Source: Eutreptiella sp. 'Long Island Sound 2002' (Eukaryota > Protista > Euglenida). From it: DNA of 64,000 nt. Of this stretch, positions 12,437-25,300 are shown one piece after another. The notes under the pieces were generated by a model. The model saw only the letters and a program-made list of their open reading frames with translations. It was not told where the DNA came from and did not search any database. Made by a program: the position numbers and the translations under genes. Numbering within the stretch: the stretch's first letter is position 1; each line of letters opens with the position of its first letter. Location of the stretch: positions 16,368,001-16,432,000 of the forward strand of contig OZ038379.1 of assembly GCA_964036045.1 (NCBI GenBank). Reading direction: 5' to 3'.

Positions 12437-15150
12437 ATCTTGTCAAACCGCAGACAAAAAACCCCATCAGCATGTAGAGTATCATTGGAGGCCCAAGCAT
12501 GAGGGGGTGTACGTTCCCACGGCGCATATGGAGGCACAGTAGAGGGTTGTGGCGATGGGGAATGTGCCGATGATGATCCCTTGGGGGACCGGGGGGGGGG
12601 GGTGTTGTCATGCTGCACCGTCCCACCATGGCGTGCCATAGAGAAGCGCTCTAGAGAAGCGTTGAAGTGAACTGGGCGGGGTCAATTTCACATGGAGGGG
12701 GGGGGAATCCCAGGGAGGGTTGCTTTTACTTTTACGGGGGGGGGGGATGGTATGGCATACCTTAGCACCATGTATTTGCTTTTAGGTTGGTTTGGTGGAG
12801 GTTGGTTAGGTGGTGGTTCCAAGGTCATGGCACAGCATACCATGTATCATGACAGGTTTTCCCACAGTATCAGTGCAAGACTATAGGCCTGCAGCGTAGA
12901 CCATTACTCTCCACACCTGTGGCACTCAGCCACCGCGTGTTGGAATGTATCTAGTCCACATAATCCACCTCACTGTTCCAATTTTGTGAAACGTTCATGT
13001 GGTTCATTTGGTATGGAACGGTCAACGTCGTGAAGAAGATGAATACACCAATATCCCTCTCACAACACAACACAACAAACACCTAATGCAAGGCCCCACA
13101 ACGTGCTGTAGCACGTTTTCAATCATTTGTCGCCAAAGAGGTAGGCATCAACCAACAAATTGACCACCAACTAGCCCTAAAGTGCACAACAGAAGGTGGA
13201 CAGGACAAAACCCGGGACGTAAGGCATCAATGGTGAGCTGTCCCTATTAGGTGCTTTGTGCTATGCTGCACACCACTACATTTCCAAAAGTAGTGCAACA
13301 ATTCTTGGTCCCGGTGTTTTGCTAGATTGATCTTGCATGCATCAAATGTCATGGTGCATTGAGAAGAAAGGAAGGGAGCACTCATGCACGAAAAAATTGA
13401 CATTGTTGATGATGATGTTCTCTTGCATGGGACCTTGAAATGCACCCATCAAGCGGTGCCATGCAACGTGGAGAGTTTGCCTCCCGCTCCAAGGCAGTGT
13501 ACTAGCGGACCGAGTCGCATTTTGTTGCCTATGATGAAATGGGGCGTATGCCCCAAGCATGTGTGGGCAGAATAATATGGATGGATTAGCACTAACCTTG
13601 TATTGTGTGAGTGTCTTCTTGGGCGTTTGTCGCTCCTCAACAAAATTGATAACCATATGGTGGAAAGGAGCATGTTGTTGCATGTCATTTGAGGGAGCAA
13701 TCCAAATTTGGACCAACACACAAAGACGAATTCACAGATTTACCCCTTAAACCTCAAATTTATTTTGCTATGCGGCAATTTTGACCATGGCATGTATTTT
13801 GTAGTGGTTGTTGAGAAGAAAAGGCGCCGCTTCACCGTGATCCTTTGTGGGCGAGTGGGCATTTACGAGTTTGAAGCGTTTGCTAGGTGTGCAGCAGCTG
13901 GTTATTTAGCAGCGGCATATATGTCAATTTTTGAAACTCAGCCAAGTTGTGGGGGTGCCACCATTGGTTGTGGCTTTGTGGGCGCCAGGTGATGCAGCTC
14001 GATGGCGGTCATCATTTCAAGTCGACACACTACCTTGCTGTTCCCGGCGGCTGCCTTAACAAAATCTGCGGTGCGTATCAACATGGCCCCTTAGATCCAG
14101 TATTTTGCACCGATACCTTGACGTGGCTCCAACCACTTGCCACCAATATTTTGAGTTGGTAAAAGCGGACAATAACACATCCATATTTGTGACCAATGTT
14201 TCTTCGTTAACTCAGATCACCTTGTTATTCTACTTCAACACAAAGAGAGGAGTCCTTGTGTGCCAAGAAAACGAAACTCATGAAATCTTGAGTGTCCACA
14301 GTCCATGTACGATGCTACTTGCGTACCGCATCAAGTTTTGCCTCTTTGGTCATTAGGAGCCCAAAGACCACCCTACAAATGCTTGGCTTCTATATTCGCA
14401 ATGGAATTCTAACATGGAGGCACGAAGCATTGCAAAGCACTACTAGATACAGTCCTCAAATCAGGCGCACATTAGAATTCTCAATAACGTGTTAGCTTGG
14501 AGCACAACCAGGTCAACGTTGACTATCTCCAAATCATCCTCCCAAAGTCCTTTCGCTTTTTCCACTTGTGCCATGTGGAAATACAGGTGTTGACGCTTGA
14601 TTGATTGTTTTTTTCCAAAACAATCGTGGAAACGTAGCAACCTCACAAGTTTGACTTTTTGGCAGGAGAGGCGGCTCACGGGACATCATTCCAATAGTAT
14701 GAGGACAGCAACTCTCCACTAGACGACGATGCTTCCTCCCTTGGCACCCACTCATTTCCTCACTTTGGTCGGCACGCTCGCTTTCTGATAACGATTCCGA
14801 TTGTGCCCCCAGCCCAACAAACCACAGCTGGGGACAGTCCTGTGTGCCCTGGTCATGGGTAAGGACCATTCACCCCAGATGTCCTTCAAATCCTATTTGA
14901 GGAATGGGGCACTAATAAGGACTGACGTTTCATGCGATGGACGGAAGACGTCCCACTGATGAACTGGCGTGTGCAGCTGAAAGGGCTGAAAAGGGCACTG
15001 GGCACCCTGACCTCAGAAAACGTTTCTGGGGTGAAGGCCATTCTCTCGGCCACAAAAATGGACTGCCGTTATAAGACCAAGTCTCTGCGCCCTGCGCGGA
15101 CCCCCACTCTGGGGGGCAGCCTTGATGCCACAGCCATGTTTGGTGCACCC

Positions 15151-15170
15151 TTTTGTTCTGCCCTGTCCAG
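15151..15170 (+). promoter_or_regulatory. Putative splice or spliced-leader acceptor upstream of the cysteine synthase start
   Basis: TTTTGTTCTGCCCTGTCCAG ends 29 nt before ATG 15200. Confidence 0.5.
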
Positions 15171-15199
15171 GGGTTTGTTGTTGTGTCCGAAGATTCCCA

Positions 15200-15523
15200 A
15201 TGGCCCGTGTCGCCGACAGCGTCTTGGACCTCATCGGCGAGACCCCGATGGTGCAAATCAAGCGCCTCAACCCCAACCAGAACGTGCAGATCCTGGCCAA
15301 GTTGGAGGGCTGGAATCCTACGGGCAGCATCAAAGACCGCATCGCGCTCAACATGATCAAGCAGGCGTTGGGCTCGGGGGAGCTGTGCCCAGGCAAGATC
15401 ATTTTGGAGCCCACTTCGGGCAACACCGGCATCGGGCTGTGTATCGTTGGCATTGTGTTGGGTTACAGAGTGATGATTGTCATGTCGGAGGCCGTGTCCA
15501 TTGAACGACGCAAGCTCATGCAG
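15200..15523 (+). CDS. cysM: Cysteine synthase exon 1
   Basis: MARVADSVLDLIGETPMV...ERRKLMQ, followed by donor GTACGC. Confidence 0.93.
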
Positions 15524-16911
15524 GTACGCAGTGCAGTGGAAACTTTGTGTGGTATGATGCCCGACTGGGGTACACCTGGGCCATCATGACCATTTTGGCC
15601 ATTTTGGCTCTAAACTCAAGTGTTAGCCGCAGCTCATGTGATGCGAGATATGCCCCAGCATTCGGGGTTTCACGTCGCAGAGGCTGGCACATCAATTGTT
15701 CCTTGATTTTGCTGTGGTACACTTTTGGCCGATTTCGTGTTCACCTACGAACGGCTATTGCAGCCCCCCCCCCCCCCGTTGCAGTTTTGGCCCCCTAACA
15801 AGACTATGGCGTGGCCATTTTGCGCAATGGCCGGAGGACCTTAACCGATTGCGGCCACTGTGCGTCAATCCAAACCCGAGTCTGAGCCTTTTTTGATTTC
15901 TATATGGGTTCCCCCATGGGTCCCAGGTGGCATCTCCGTGTCTCCCAGAATGGCCTCCCCAGGGACCCACACCTTAAGAACATGGCAGTCAATGATCGGC
16001 TGAGAATTTGCGACATTTGGGCGCCTGGCAATCCCCGTGAGCCTCAGGACAGGGGCAGTTGATTGTTACAGAACGAGTATAGACGTCATTTTGGACTGTT
16101 CGACTACTTATAGCATCATGAGCAGTGATGCGCTGCACCAGAGTCACTCATGGGCCAACGGCTGAAAGTGTCTGCGCCGGGGACATTCAGTCGACCAGCA
16201 CCCACCATTGCGCCCGCCCCCCTGATTCCCTGATTGTGTGTTTTCCTTGTTTGCCAGGCGTACGGGGCAGAAGTGCTGCTGACCCCCGGCAAGGAGGGTA
16301 CGGACGGTGCCATCCGCAAGGTGAGGCAGATGGTCAAGGACGACCCCGACAAATACTTCTTCCCCAACCAGTTCTCGTCCGAGTTCAATCTGCTGGCGCA
16401 TTACCAGAACACGGCGCAGGAGATCTGGGCCCAGACAAAGGGCAAGATCACCCATTTGGTGTCCGCCCTGGGCACCTCCGGGACCATCATGGGCATCTCG
16501 AAGTACTTGAAGGAGAAGAACCCCGACCTCCAGGTGATCGCGGCGCAGGCGGAGCGCGGGCACTACATCCAGGGCCTCAAACACATGGGCGAGGCCATCG
16601 TCCCCGCCATCTACAACCGCAAGTACATCGACAAGACCGTGCTAATCGACAGCGAGAGCGCCATCCACATGACCCGCGAGATCATCCAGCACGAGGCCAT
16701 TCCCGCCGGCATGTCCAGCGGGGCGGCGCTGATGGCCGCCTGGTCGGTGGTGCGCGAGGTGGACCAGGGGTGCGTGGTGGTCATCTTCCCGGACCGCTGC
16801 GAGAAGTACCTCAGCACCTCCCTGTTCGACCCCCGGAAGGACCTCCCGTGCCTCTTGGACTCCCCGGAGTACCTCAAAAGCTACTCCTACATGACGCAGA
16901 GCCGACTGTAG
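15200..16911 (+). CDS. cysM: Cysteine synthase, CysM/cysteine synthase B-like (PLP-dependent); join(15200..15523,16258..16911), 325 aa
   Basis: Motifs AKLEGWNPTGSIKDR (PLP Lys), EPTSGNTG, ALGTSGTIMG, GMSSGAA and FPDRCEKYLST. The phase-0 GT-AG intron 15524-16257 joins RRKLMQ|AYGAEV seamlessly. Confidence 0.95.
16258..16911 (+). CDS. cysM: Cysteine synthase exon 2
   Basis: Acceptor TTTTCCTTGTTTGCCAG; AYGAEVLLTPG...MTQSRL*; strongly G/C-ending codons. Confidence 0.95.
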   Translation, partial: AYGAEVLLTPGKEGTDGAIRKVRQMVKDDPDKYFFPNQFSSEFNLLAHYQNTAQEIWAQTKGKITHLVSALGTSGTIMGISKYLKEKNPDLQVIAAQAERGHYIQGLKHMGEAIVPAIYNRKYIDKTVLIDSESAIHMTREIIQHEAIPAGMSSGAALMAAWSVVREVDQGCVVVIFPDRCEKYLSTSLFDPRKDLPCLLDSPEYLKSYSYMTQSRL

Positions 16912-18041
16912 CCCATCTGCACGCCTCCCGCCACGCCCTCCCCCCATCAGACCTGGCCCTACTGTCCGCACGCGCCGCATTGGCAGCGCCAAGACCCCCG
17001 TCGCCCAATGTTGGGTGTACAGCTTCGTGTGGCGTGCTGAGCCGCTGGAGCTTCGAACGGTGGGTCACTGTGTACCATGCGGCCCGTAGCTTGTGCCAAG
17101 GCCCCGGCCCAGCCTCTTCTCCGGGTCACGGGCAGCCGAGGCTCGCAGCGATAATCCTGCTGTTGGATTGGTTCTGGATTGCACAGTTTGCACCCATGCG
17201 AACCGGTCTGCAGTGCAATTGCTTGCAAGCCCCTTCTCCCCCACATTCTTAGTGAATGTTGAATGAATGATTGAATGATGTGATGATGTGATGATGAACG
17301 AGTGATTGATGAGTCGGAGACGGTTTTGCGTCCAGTGAGCCAGATTTGGAGTGGCCGAAACAGTAATGTCGAGAGGCACGGGTCCAGAAGTAGCCTTGGG
17401 GCTCTGCTTCCTGCAAAGGGAATGATGCCCCTCCTCCAAACTGCAGTATCAGGGTGAGATTCCCTACAAATGAAAGAAGGCCGAGAAGGCCCCCGAAACC
17501 AGATGCTGCATGATTCTCTCATGAAGTTCCGCACGTTTCAGAACTGCACTTTTTCAAGTGCAGTTCGGGGCGACAAGTGGTTCACATGCGAACTCTGTGC
17601 TGCTGTTCTTGTTCGCGCCACAAGCATGTCCGGCTTCTGAGGCGTTCAGCCACGGCCGTATCCCCTGGGTCTTGGAGCCCCGAACATCCCCCACTGCTAC
17701 CCCAGAGCGTTCTTAGGCAGAGCCCCGAGCAGACGTCGGCAGCAGCCCCCGGGCCAATGATCTTCTCTTCTCCCGTTCAAATGCTGCCCCGCCTCTTCCC
17801 CAGCCAAGCAGTGTGAGGTTGAGGGTCGGGGGAGTTCCCCTTGCCAATTGCCCTTTGTCGTCTGAGATAAGTTTTGCTGGTTGAATGCCAAAAGGTGCTA
17901 CAATCAGACGCTCATCGAAGGCCTTCTGCATTCGGATGTATGTGTGTTTGTGTGTGTGTGTGTCTGTGTGTGTGTTCTGCTAACCTGTTGGCGACCTGGT
18001 GGCAAGATCAGTGATGCACCCAGTGTAGGCGATGGCCTGAG

Positions 18042-18350
18042 TTGGATGCAATCGCCCGGGCTGCCATAACGTTGGTTGCATACATGACAAGCGTACGGCC
18101 CGCCGTGATAATTTTCATGCACGGGCAGCGGCGCTTATGGCTGTGTATGAACCGAAAGTTGCATCCGCTGCCTGCCTTCTTGCGACGATGCACGCAACAA
18201 TGCGGACCCAAACACCACGACGATTTGTCTGAGCTGAGTTTCCTTGGTGCACATTGGCGTGCCATGAGAATATTTCGACGGTATCTACTGCTTTTATTCG
18301 ACGCACAGGTATGTTCAAATTGTCTGCGTTATCAGAGGTCCTGGTATTAG
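18042..18350 (+). pseudogene. Possible tyrosine-recombinase remnant (DIRS/Ngaro/Crypton-like)
   Basis: ARAAITLVAYMTSVRP resembles box I of tyrosine recombinases, and SNCLRY sits where HxLR would be expected. The segment between them is too short for an intact domain. Confidence 0.3.
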
Positions 18351-19068
18351 TATCGTACGAGTGCCTCTTCTTTTAGTCCCGGCACATTTGCTGCACTCTT
18401 TGGGTGTCAGTCCCAGTGGGCCCCTGCCGCACGACGCAGGTTCCGACATGACCTCTCCCGTCTCTGCACCCCAATGCTTCTCAGCGGACGCTGCAGCAGC
18501 GCAACCTTCGGAGCTGCCGTACCCTGGGCCCGGCAAGTTGGGATCGCCACAGAAGTTCTGGTGGCGTTTTAGAGAATTTGCATTTATATATAAACGCATT
18601 TCCTGGTTTTTTTGACGCGTGCCATTGTAGTATCCAGATAGATACAGAACCCGCAGCAAAGCACCACGTTTGACGTGGGGCTATGCATTCCCTCCTACCG
18701 CAGCGGTATGAACCATCGTGCACCACCGCATCGACCAGCAGTTGCAGCCCGTTGTGTGGGCTTGTGACTGAGGTGTGGAAGGTGCTCACTGCCACCGTCA
18801 TGGTGTGGCACATGACACTGTGCACCCACCCTGTGCTGCTGTGCCGCGTGCACTGATCTTAGTTGTGTGTGATATGAGCATTTGGTTTTACACGGGCCAA
18901 CCATTCTTCTAAATTGGTCCCCCTCCTCCTCCGGCGGGTCAGAATTCCTGCTTGATTTTCTAGGGCAAACACTTTTCACCAGATTTCTGAGGCTCTCTGT
19001 CTCTGGAACATGAAGTATGTTTTATCATTCACCCAAGCCTCATTTCAATTGTGATGAGGATATGGCCG

Positions 19069-19416
19069 TCAGTTTTCATATCTGTCTATGTCAGTCTCCA
19101 ATTTCTTAGTCTCAGTGCAATTTAGCTCTTTGGGGAGTCTGGCGCGGCTGTTCCAACCGCAACCGTCCAGTGTGGAGCTGTGATACCGGATACCGAGCCA
19201 TTTTCGGGGGCTTTCGGGCTGTGGGGTCTTGATCTGCCAGCTTCGGCCCGTGCAAGCCAAAGCAACCAGGAATTGTTCCGCGGGTACAGCGTAATCCTCT
19301 GTCGGACATGCACTGGGAGAAGCTGCTGTGGGGGTCAGCAATGCTCCAGGTCTCGTTCTCAGTGAGTCCACAGTCCGAAAATGAGTTGAAAAATCTGCAT
19401 GTCCTGTTTGATACAT
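19069..19416 (-). pseudogene. Possible DIRS-like RT remnant
   Basis: WQIKTPQPESPRKWLGIRYHSST...RLPKE resembles the 'P....(W/F)LG...ds....lp.eK' block that follows YxDD in tyrosine-recombinase retroelement RTs. Confidence 0.25.
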
Positions 19417-22058
19417 TCGCAGCTGCTGATCCGATTCTCAGCACATGTTCACCACAGTCTCTGGGTGCCGTTGGTCAATTACCACAATCTGCCAGCCATC
19501 CTGGCAGGTCATCAAAGCCTCAGAGGTACATGGTTCAAAGAAAAAACTGTACATCGGTTGGATAATCACTTTTGCGATGTGTTTGCTGTTCACTGGCTGA
19601 TCAACGGGTGAGTTTTCCGCAATTTGATGTCACCGCGTTCCATCTCTTGCTCGTGCTGAATATCTGCGCGGGGATGGGGCTGCTTTCGGGAGTATGGGCT
19701 GAGACAGGAACAAAGCGGAGGTAGCAGATGACAGTCCACCTCCAGCCCACCTCCGGTCCTTTTGCAGTCTAACAGAAGTCCTCCAATGACCACAGAATCT
19801 TAGTCTTCATTCGCATGACTGTGGCGTATGGTTTTGATTGTGCGCTGGCCAGTGGTGTGCAAGGCAGGTGTCTGCTCGGTCAAGCGGTGGGTCGCGGGTG
19901 GGCAGCCTTGGGAGGCGGACATGACCGATAGCCTTGTGACAAAGCAAAGAAGCCAACCACGAGCCAGCCATGAATTGGCATGAACGTGGACACAGCCGAA
20001 GTTTTCCTTCATGGCACGGAAATGCTCCTCTTTTTGAGGGTCCTTGGCAGCTTGGCAGCACCACAGAATCTGCGAATCCATGGGCGGCTTCATTTGCATC
20101 GCTTTTATATGCGGGTTCTACACAAGATTCCACAACGTGCCCCTCCTCGTCATGAGCATCAGGCTCATAATATCTATTTTGTCCCTCCTCATCAGCAAGA
20201 GAACTGCCAGGGTCGGCATCATCAGCCAAGGCATCATCAATTTTAAGCTCGTTATCACAGCAAGATTCATCCAAAAGAACGAATGATCCATGAGGCAGTT
20301 GGGCATGGAAACAGTGCCAGTAAATGGAGCAACACCAAAACGAGTGGTTGTACATCAACAATAACAAATAGCACAAGAAAGGGGCCCAGTAAACAAAGAA
20401 ACAAGAAAGGGGCCCAATAAAATCCCATGGAAATGATAAAATTGTACGCACAATTTTCAAGTGGTGGAGGTGTTTCAGGTCATGTTGTGTGAGAAGAGTT
20501 TGCAATGTGTGCATAGGCAACCGCTGGGAGCCATGGACTGTACCTCATCAGCATATGACAATTGATATCAAACTGCCTCCCTGGCAGGGTTTGTGAGCAG
20601 CAGGAACCGCCACTTTAATGTCAAGCGGTTGGAGTGGTGTTGGGCTGCAGGCTCCCTCATTATGCCAACAGATCCCTGTCATTTTGAAGCCTCCATGGAA
20701 TTCCCCTTCATGATTGAGGACGTGTCTCTCTACGAAGCTGCACCAGAATTGGGGAGTGGGGATCGCATGGGCTGATGGCCAAGATCCAATGACAATGCAC
20801 GAGTACCAGCGAGCAAAGGGCAAGCGTGAGTTTCTGTGCCTAAGGCTTGAAGAAGGGGTGGGGACAGGGAAGTATTAGAACGGCCGTACACCGTAGGAGG
20901 AGGGGGGGGTACCCCTCCCCTGGACACCCCCCCCCCTTTAGACCCCCCCCCCCCTCTCCTCCTCTTCCAATGTTTGAGGCTGACAGCCAAAATTTTGCTT
21001 CGGTGCCTTTGGCGCCAAGAGGATTTAAGCTCAAAAATTTTTGGCCCGCCTTCGGCGGGGACCACAGGGCGACCACAGAGGCCACACCATGCGCTGTGCA
21101 AAAAGTCGACTGTTTTCCACCACCGGTAGCCGTGGGTCCCAGGGTCCTGAATTCTGCACCCCATGCTGTTTTGAATTGATCATGCACGCTTCTGTAGGTG
21201 GGTGGTTTTCAGGGGTGTTCCCGGGATAAACAACGTAATAATTGGTGCTGTGCCCGCACTGTGCGAAAACGCCCCCATAGGTCTAATACATCCCTGGGTG
21301 GGGATGACCCCGAAATGTGACTATCCTTCCACTGATGTGTGTCTATGGTCCTGGGCTTTCCCTCCTGGAGCCTGCTAGAGGCACCCAAATAGAGCGATCT
21401 ATTCCCTCTGCCCGTGTGTTGCTGTGGTGGTAATTATGTGTGTTTTCCCTCCAAGGATGTCTCTTGCATGCACACAAAGTCTGTCATAGGGGCTGTTGTC
21501 ATTGACTCTGAGAGATATTGTTGCCTCTGGCCCTACTGATGGCCCTTTATGCAATCGGTTCTGCAAAATGATCTTGAATCCCTTGTCAATTGCTCTTCAG
21601 ACCGATCATGAGTGCAAGCATTTGACGAGTGCCAGGGTTGCTGGTTTCTTTTATTTCTCCTGAGAATTTCACTGCCTTTTTAAGCCTTCGCCTGTGGATG
21701 CTCTGGACAGTACTGAATCGTCCATGCTTTTTGTAGTGTGGGGGATCTTTTGGATGCCTTTTGTCGGGAAGACCAGAGGCGTGCACTACTGTCTGCGGGC
21801 CTACGTCATGTCAATTCACCCAATTTTTTGCTGTTCGCATTTTGGCAGTGATGAGCCTGGTGTGGTCTTTTGTGCCTTGATCTGCGTGTGACTTTCCACC
21901 AGTTTCTTACTCGTACCCGTGTTTCGGTGATTGTGCTGTTTTCCATCTTGTGGTGGCTGACACCCTTGTTGCTGCGTTACGTCTTACTCTTGAAGAGCCC
22001 ATTCCCGCAAGGTGCTCATGTGTCGATTGCCCCTTTTTCTTGAAGAGGATTGTTGTGC

Positions 22059-22361
22059 ATGGCCAAATCTGGCATCTTCGTGGTCACCGGTGCAAATCGT
22101 GGCATTGGGCTTGAGTGCGTCCGGCGATTGTGTGAAGCACTTGATGATTCAAGTACAGTGGTGCTGTGCAGTCGCAACAAAGACAGTGGAGAGGCTGCAG
22201 CGCAGGATATCCGGAAGTCCCATATGTCCGGTTGCCAACTGGTGCCAACCTCCCTGGACATTGCATCTGACGCCTCGGTCGAAGAGTTTGTGACATTTCT
22301 GCAAGCCAAGTTTGGCCGTGTGGATGGTGTTATACACAACGCTGGGTTCTCATTTCGAATG
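22059..22361 (+). CDS. SDR exon 1
   Basis: MAKSGIFVVTGANRGIG...HNAGFSFRM; donor GTAATT; pyrimidine tract plus AG at 22031-22047 upstream. Confidence 0.92.
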
Positions 22362-25300
22362 GTAATTCCTTCCATTTGTTGTGTGCTGTTACACTGACCA
22401 TGTCATTTTTCTGTTTTGTGTTGTTTCTTCGTTTTGTGTGTGCGTGCGTGTGTGTCTTTGTGTGCCCGGACAGCTTTTCAAGGCCCAGACGCGCCCTGTG
22501 TCTGTTGTGCTTTGCCCCAAATGTGCACATCTGCGCACTGTTTTCTGGATCTATCAATTTTCCACACATGAAAGCAATCCTTGTGTCTCAGCTCCCACTA
22601 AAAGCAAATAGATGACGTAGTCTGAGAAGCTCAGTCGTGTCGCGGGTCGGATGGACATCATCAAAACACCCACTCTTCTTTGGTGGAGATGCACTTCACT
22701 GGTGCAGCGCGAATGGCTTCAGCTGGGGGTCACTGACGTGACCATTAGTCTCCTCCACATGTATGTCTGCTGCTGTTCAGGGCTTTTCTTTGGCAATTTG
22801 CCCCGGGCACAGGTGTCGTAAACACCCACGCCCTTCCAACTGCGTGCGCATTGTGCGTGCTGCATGGAACCGCCCCCCCCCCCCCCCTGGGGCACGGTGA
22901 TAGCACTGAAGAGGAGCTGTCAACGTGTCCGCTCGAATGCTGGACGAAGGTGGCGGGTATCAGGGGTTGCAACCAAGCACACGTCTCAACACTTTCAGTA
23001 GGAACCGCCAGCAGTGACTGTCAGTGGTTGCCGTTCAACCGCCGGCAGCGGTCCCAGACTGTCCATGCCAAAACAAAAGCAGAGCCGTCCACTAAGGAAT
23101 GCCCTGGTCTGAGGTAAGGCGCTGGAATACTCAACTGTTCAGCCCCTCCCCTTCCCCAACCCGCACACCCTGCTCATACCAAACGGGCCAGCCAAATGTT
23201 TCACAAGTGCCTTTTCCAGTGCGAAACCCCAACTGCCAATGGTTGACCCCGAAACGGTGGTGGGTAAGCGCCAGCTGCCGACAGACTGATGGTGGTCAAC
23301 CCCATGACCAGTTGATGGTGGTTGGCATTTGTCTCACGGTTTTCTGTGCCCAATTGCAGTTTTTGTTTGCCCAATTTCTCGCACGGCCTTGCACGGCCTT
23401 GTCTAAGCACGGCGACCGTGCTTAGACATGTGCACGCACACGTGATGGCGGCTTTGCCGCTTTGTTGGACACATGGGGGGCGCCTTAAGCGCAGTGCGCG
23501 TGCAGTGCGCGCAGTGCAACTATTTGGGCGTTTGGCCACAGTAGAAACCCATACTTTGTGGTACTTTGGGCATCATTGTTCTTTGATAGTAGGTTTTGAT
23601 GTATTGGGGATCTAGCATTTTTGTATGTTCACCCTGTTTCACCCATTTCTACCTTTTTGCACAATTTTTTCCCCCATTTCCTCCACATCTACTCTTTTTC
23701 TCGGTTGATTGATATGGTGATACACTTTCAGGGTGCCTGCTACGGGACATCATACTTCCCTCCTCATTTCTCAGGCCCACTTTCTCCATGGATCTCAGTA
23801 TTGGGGATAGGGTGTTCTACACCAGCTCCAATTGCCTGCAACCTCTTGCCACGGTGGTTGGGATGGCTGAAGACGGGCTCCTCCACTTGGAATACTACCA
23901 AGATGGGTTGAGAGTGGTGAATCGGCGATGCAAGATGGAGTCCATCTCCTTTGCCATCCCAAGTTCAAACTCGCCACCTGGCTCCCCTCCATCTCTGCCG
24001 CCCAACACACAGTCAAGTTCCCCCCCAAAGGTCCTTGGTCCTTCACCACTGCCACAAGAAACGGGCAGGTCCCCCTCAAGGTCCCCTCCCGTCCAGTTTG
24101 GGTCGCCTAATTCTAAGGGTGTTTCCAAGGGGCGTGCCTAGGGGCTCTTTCGGGGGTACATAGTCTAAAAGTAGCGCGCAGTGCAAGGATTCCCCCATGG
24201 GCGCGGCTTTGCCGCATTTCGACAATTGGTGGCCGTGGCTTTGCCGCGTTTGCTGGAACCATGAACAATGATTTCCTGCCAGTGGGATACCGGGGGTGAC
24301 GGCCATCGTCGGATTATGGCTCAGCACGGCGACCGTACAGATGTGAGCGAAACATAGCTACGTGGGTGTTATTAGAGTTTTGGATCTCCTCTTCGGGCGT
24401 GGCAGTCCCACTACTTTTCCTGGTATCAGATACAGCAGGTCCTTACTGCGTGTAATGTCCGCTACTACACCGTTTTGTGGGACAATCACATCACTGGACA
24501 GCTCTGATCCTTGATTCCGAGAGATTTCTCGAATGCCTTGTAATGAGCAAGCTCCGGCAGCTCATCATGGCGTGACCCCCCCCCAAAAAAAAAGAGTCTT
24601 GGATCTCCTCTTCCTCATTAGAGTTTAGCACAGATGTGAGTGACACCCGCCGCCTGAAGCGCAGCAAGACGGCGCTGGCGGCGCCTCCGGCACCGTGACC
24701 AGAGGGCAATGAGGAGGGAGGGAATCAAGATGTCCCAATACCTAAAGATGATTGCTTGATGGCTAGGCGTGGCTATGCCACTTCACGGAACACAAGTGCG
24801 ATAGTTGGAGGAGGCTCTGCCACCTTGACAGACCCATACAACAGTCGTCAAGGCGCCTACAGCGCCTTGTTGGAGTCAGCAAGGACACATGAGACTGAGC
24901 AGGTTGCATCGTGTTGAGGGTGTGATGCCCGGGCGGACGACCATCGTTAGATTATGGCTAAGCACGGCGGCCCTGTGTGACTGCCACTCCTTGGATCACA
25001 GTGGATGACATGTTTGGGTGCCGGTTGTGATGGGAATACGGACTGGGTCATAGCTATGAAGAGTTGCAGCTGCTAATGACATCCTTTGCCGCGTCGAGAC
25101 GAACTCTATTCTGTGTCCCGTTGGTCAAAAATCGGAGCTAGGTGTCAAATAAAATAGAAAAGGTGTGTACTTTAGTTGTCATACACCTTGCCCGGGGGGG
25201 GGGGGGGCGACTCCGCGGGTCCTAGGATGCCAGCTGCCCCCTCCCCCCCTTCCCCCAGGGCCTCCGGCCAATAGTTAGTTGCCAAAGGTGCCGCCCCTAG

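Noticed and set aside
12900-14870. Fragmented minus-strand ORFs suggestive of a decayed transposase
   Set aside because: No diagnostic motif or termini could be established.
16125-17252. 375-aa ORF overlapping cysM exon 2 and antisense ORFs
   Set aside because: Shadow ORFs caused by the high GC3 of the real reading frame.
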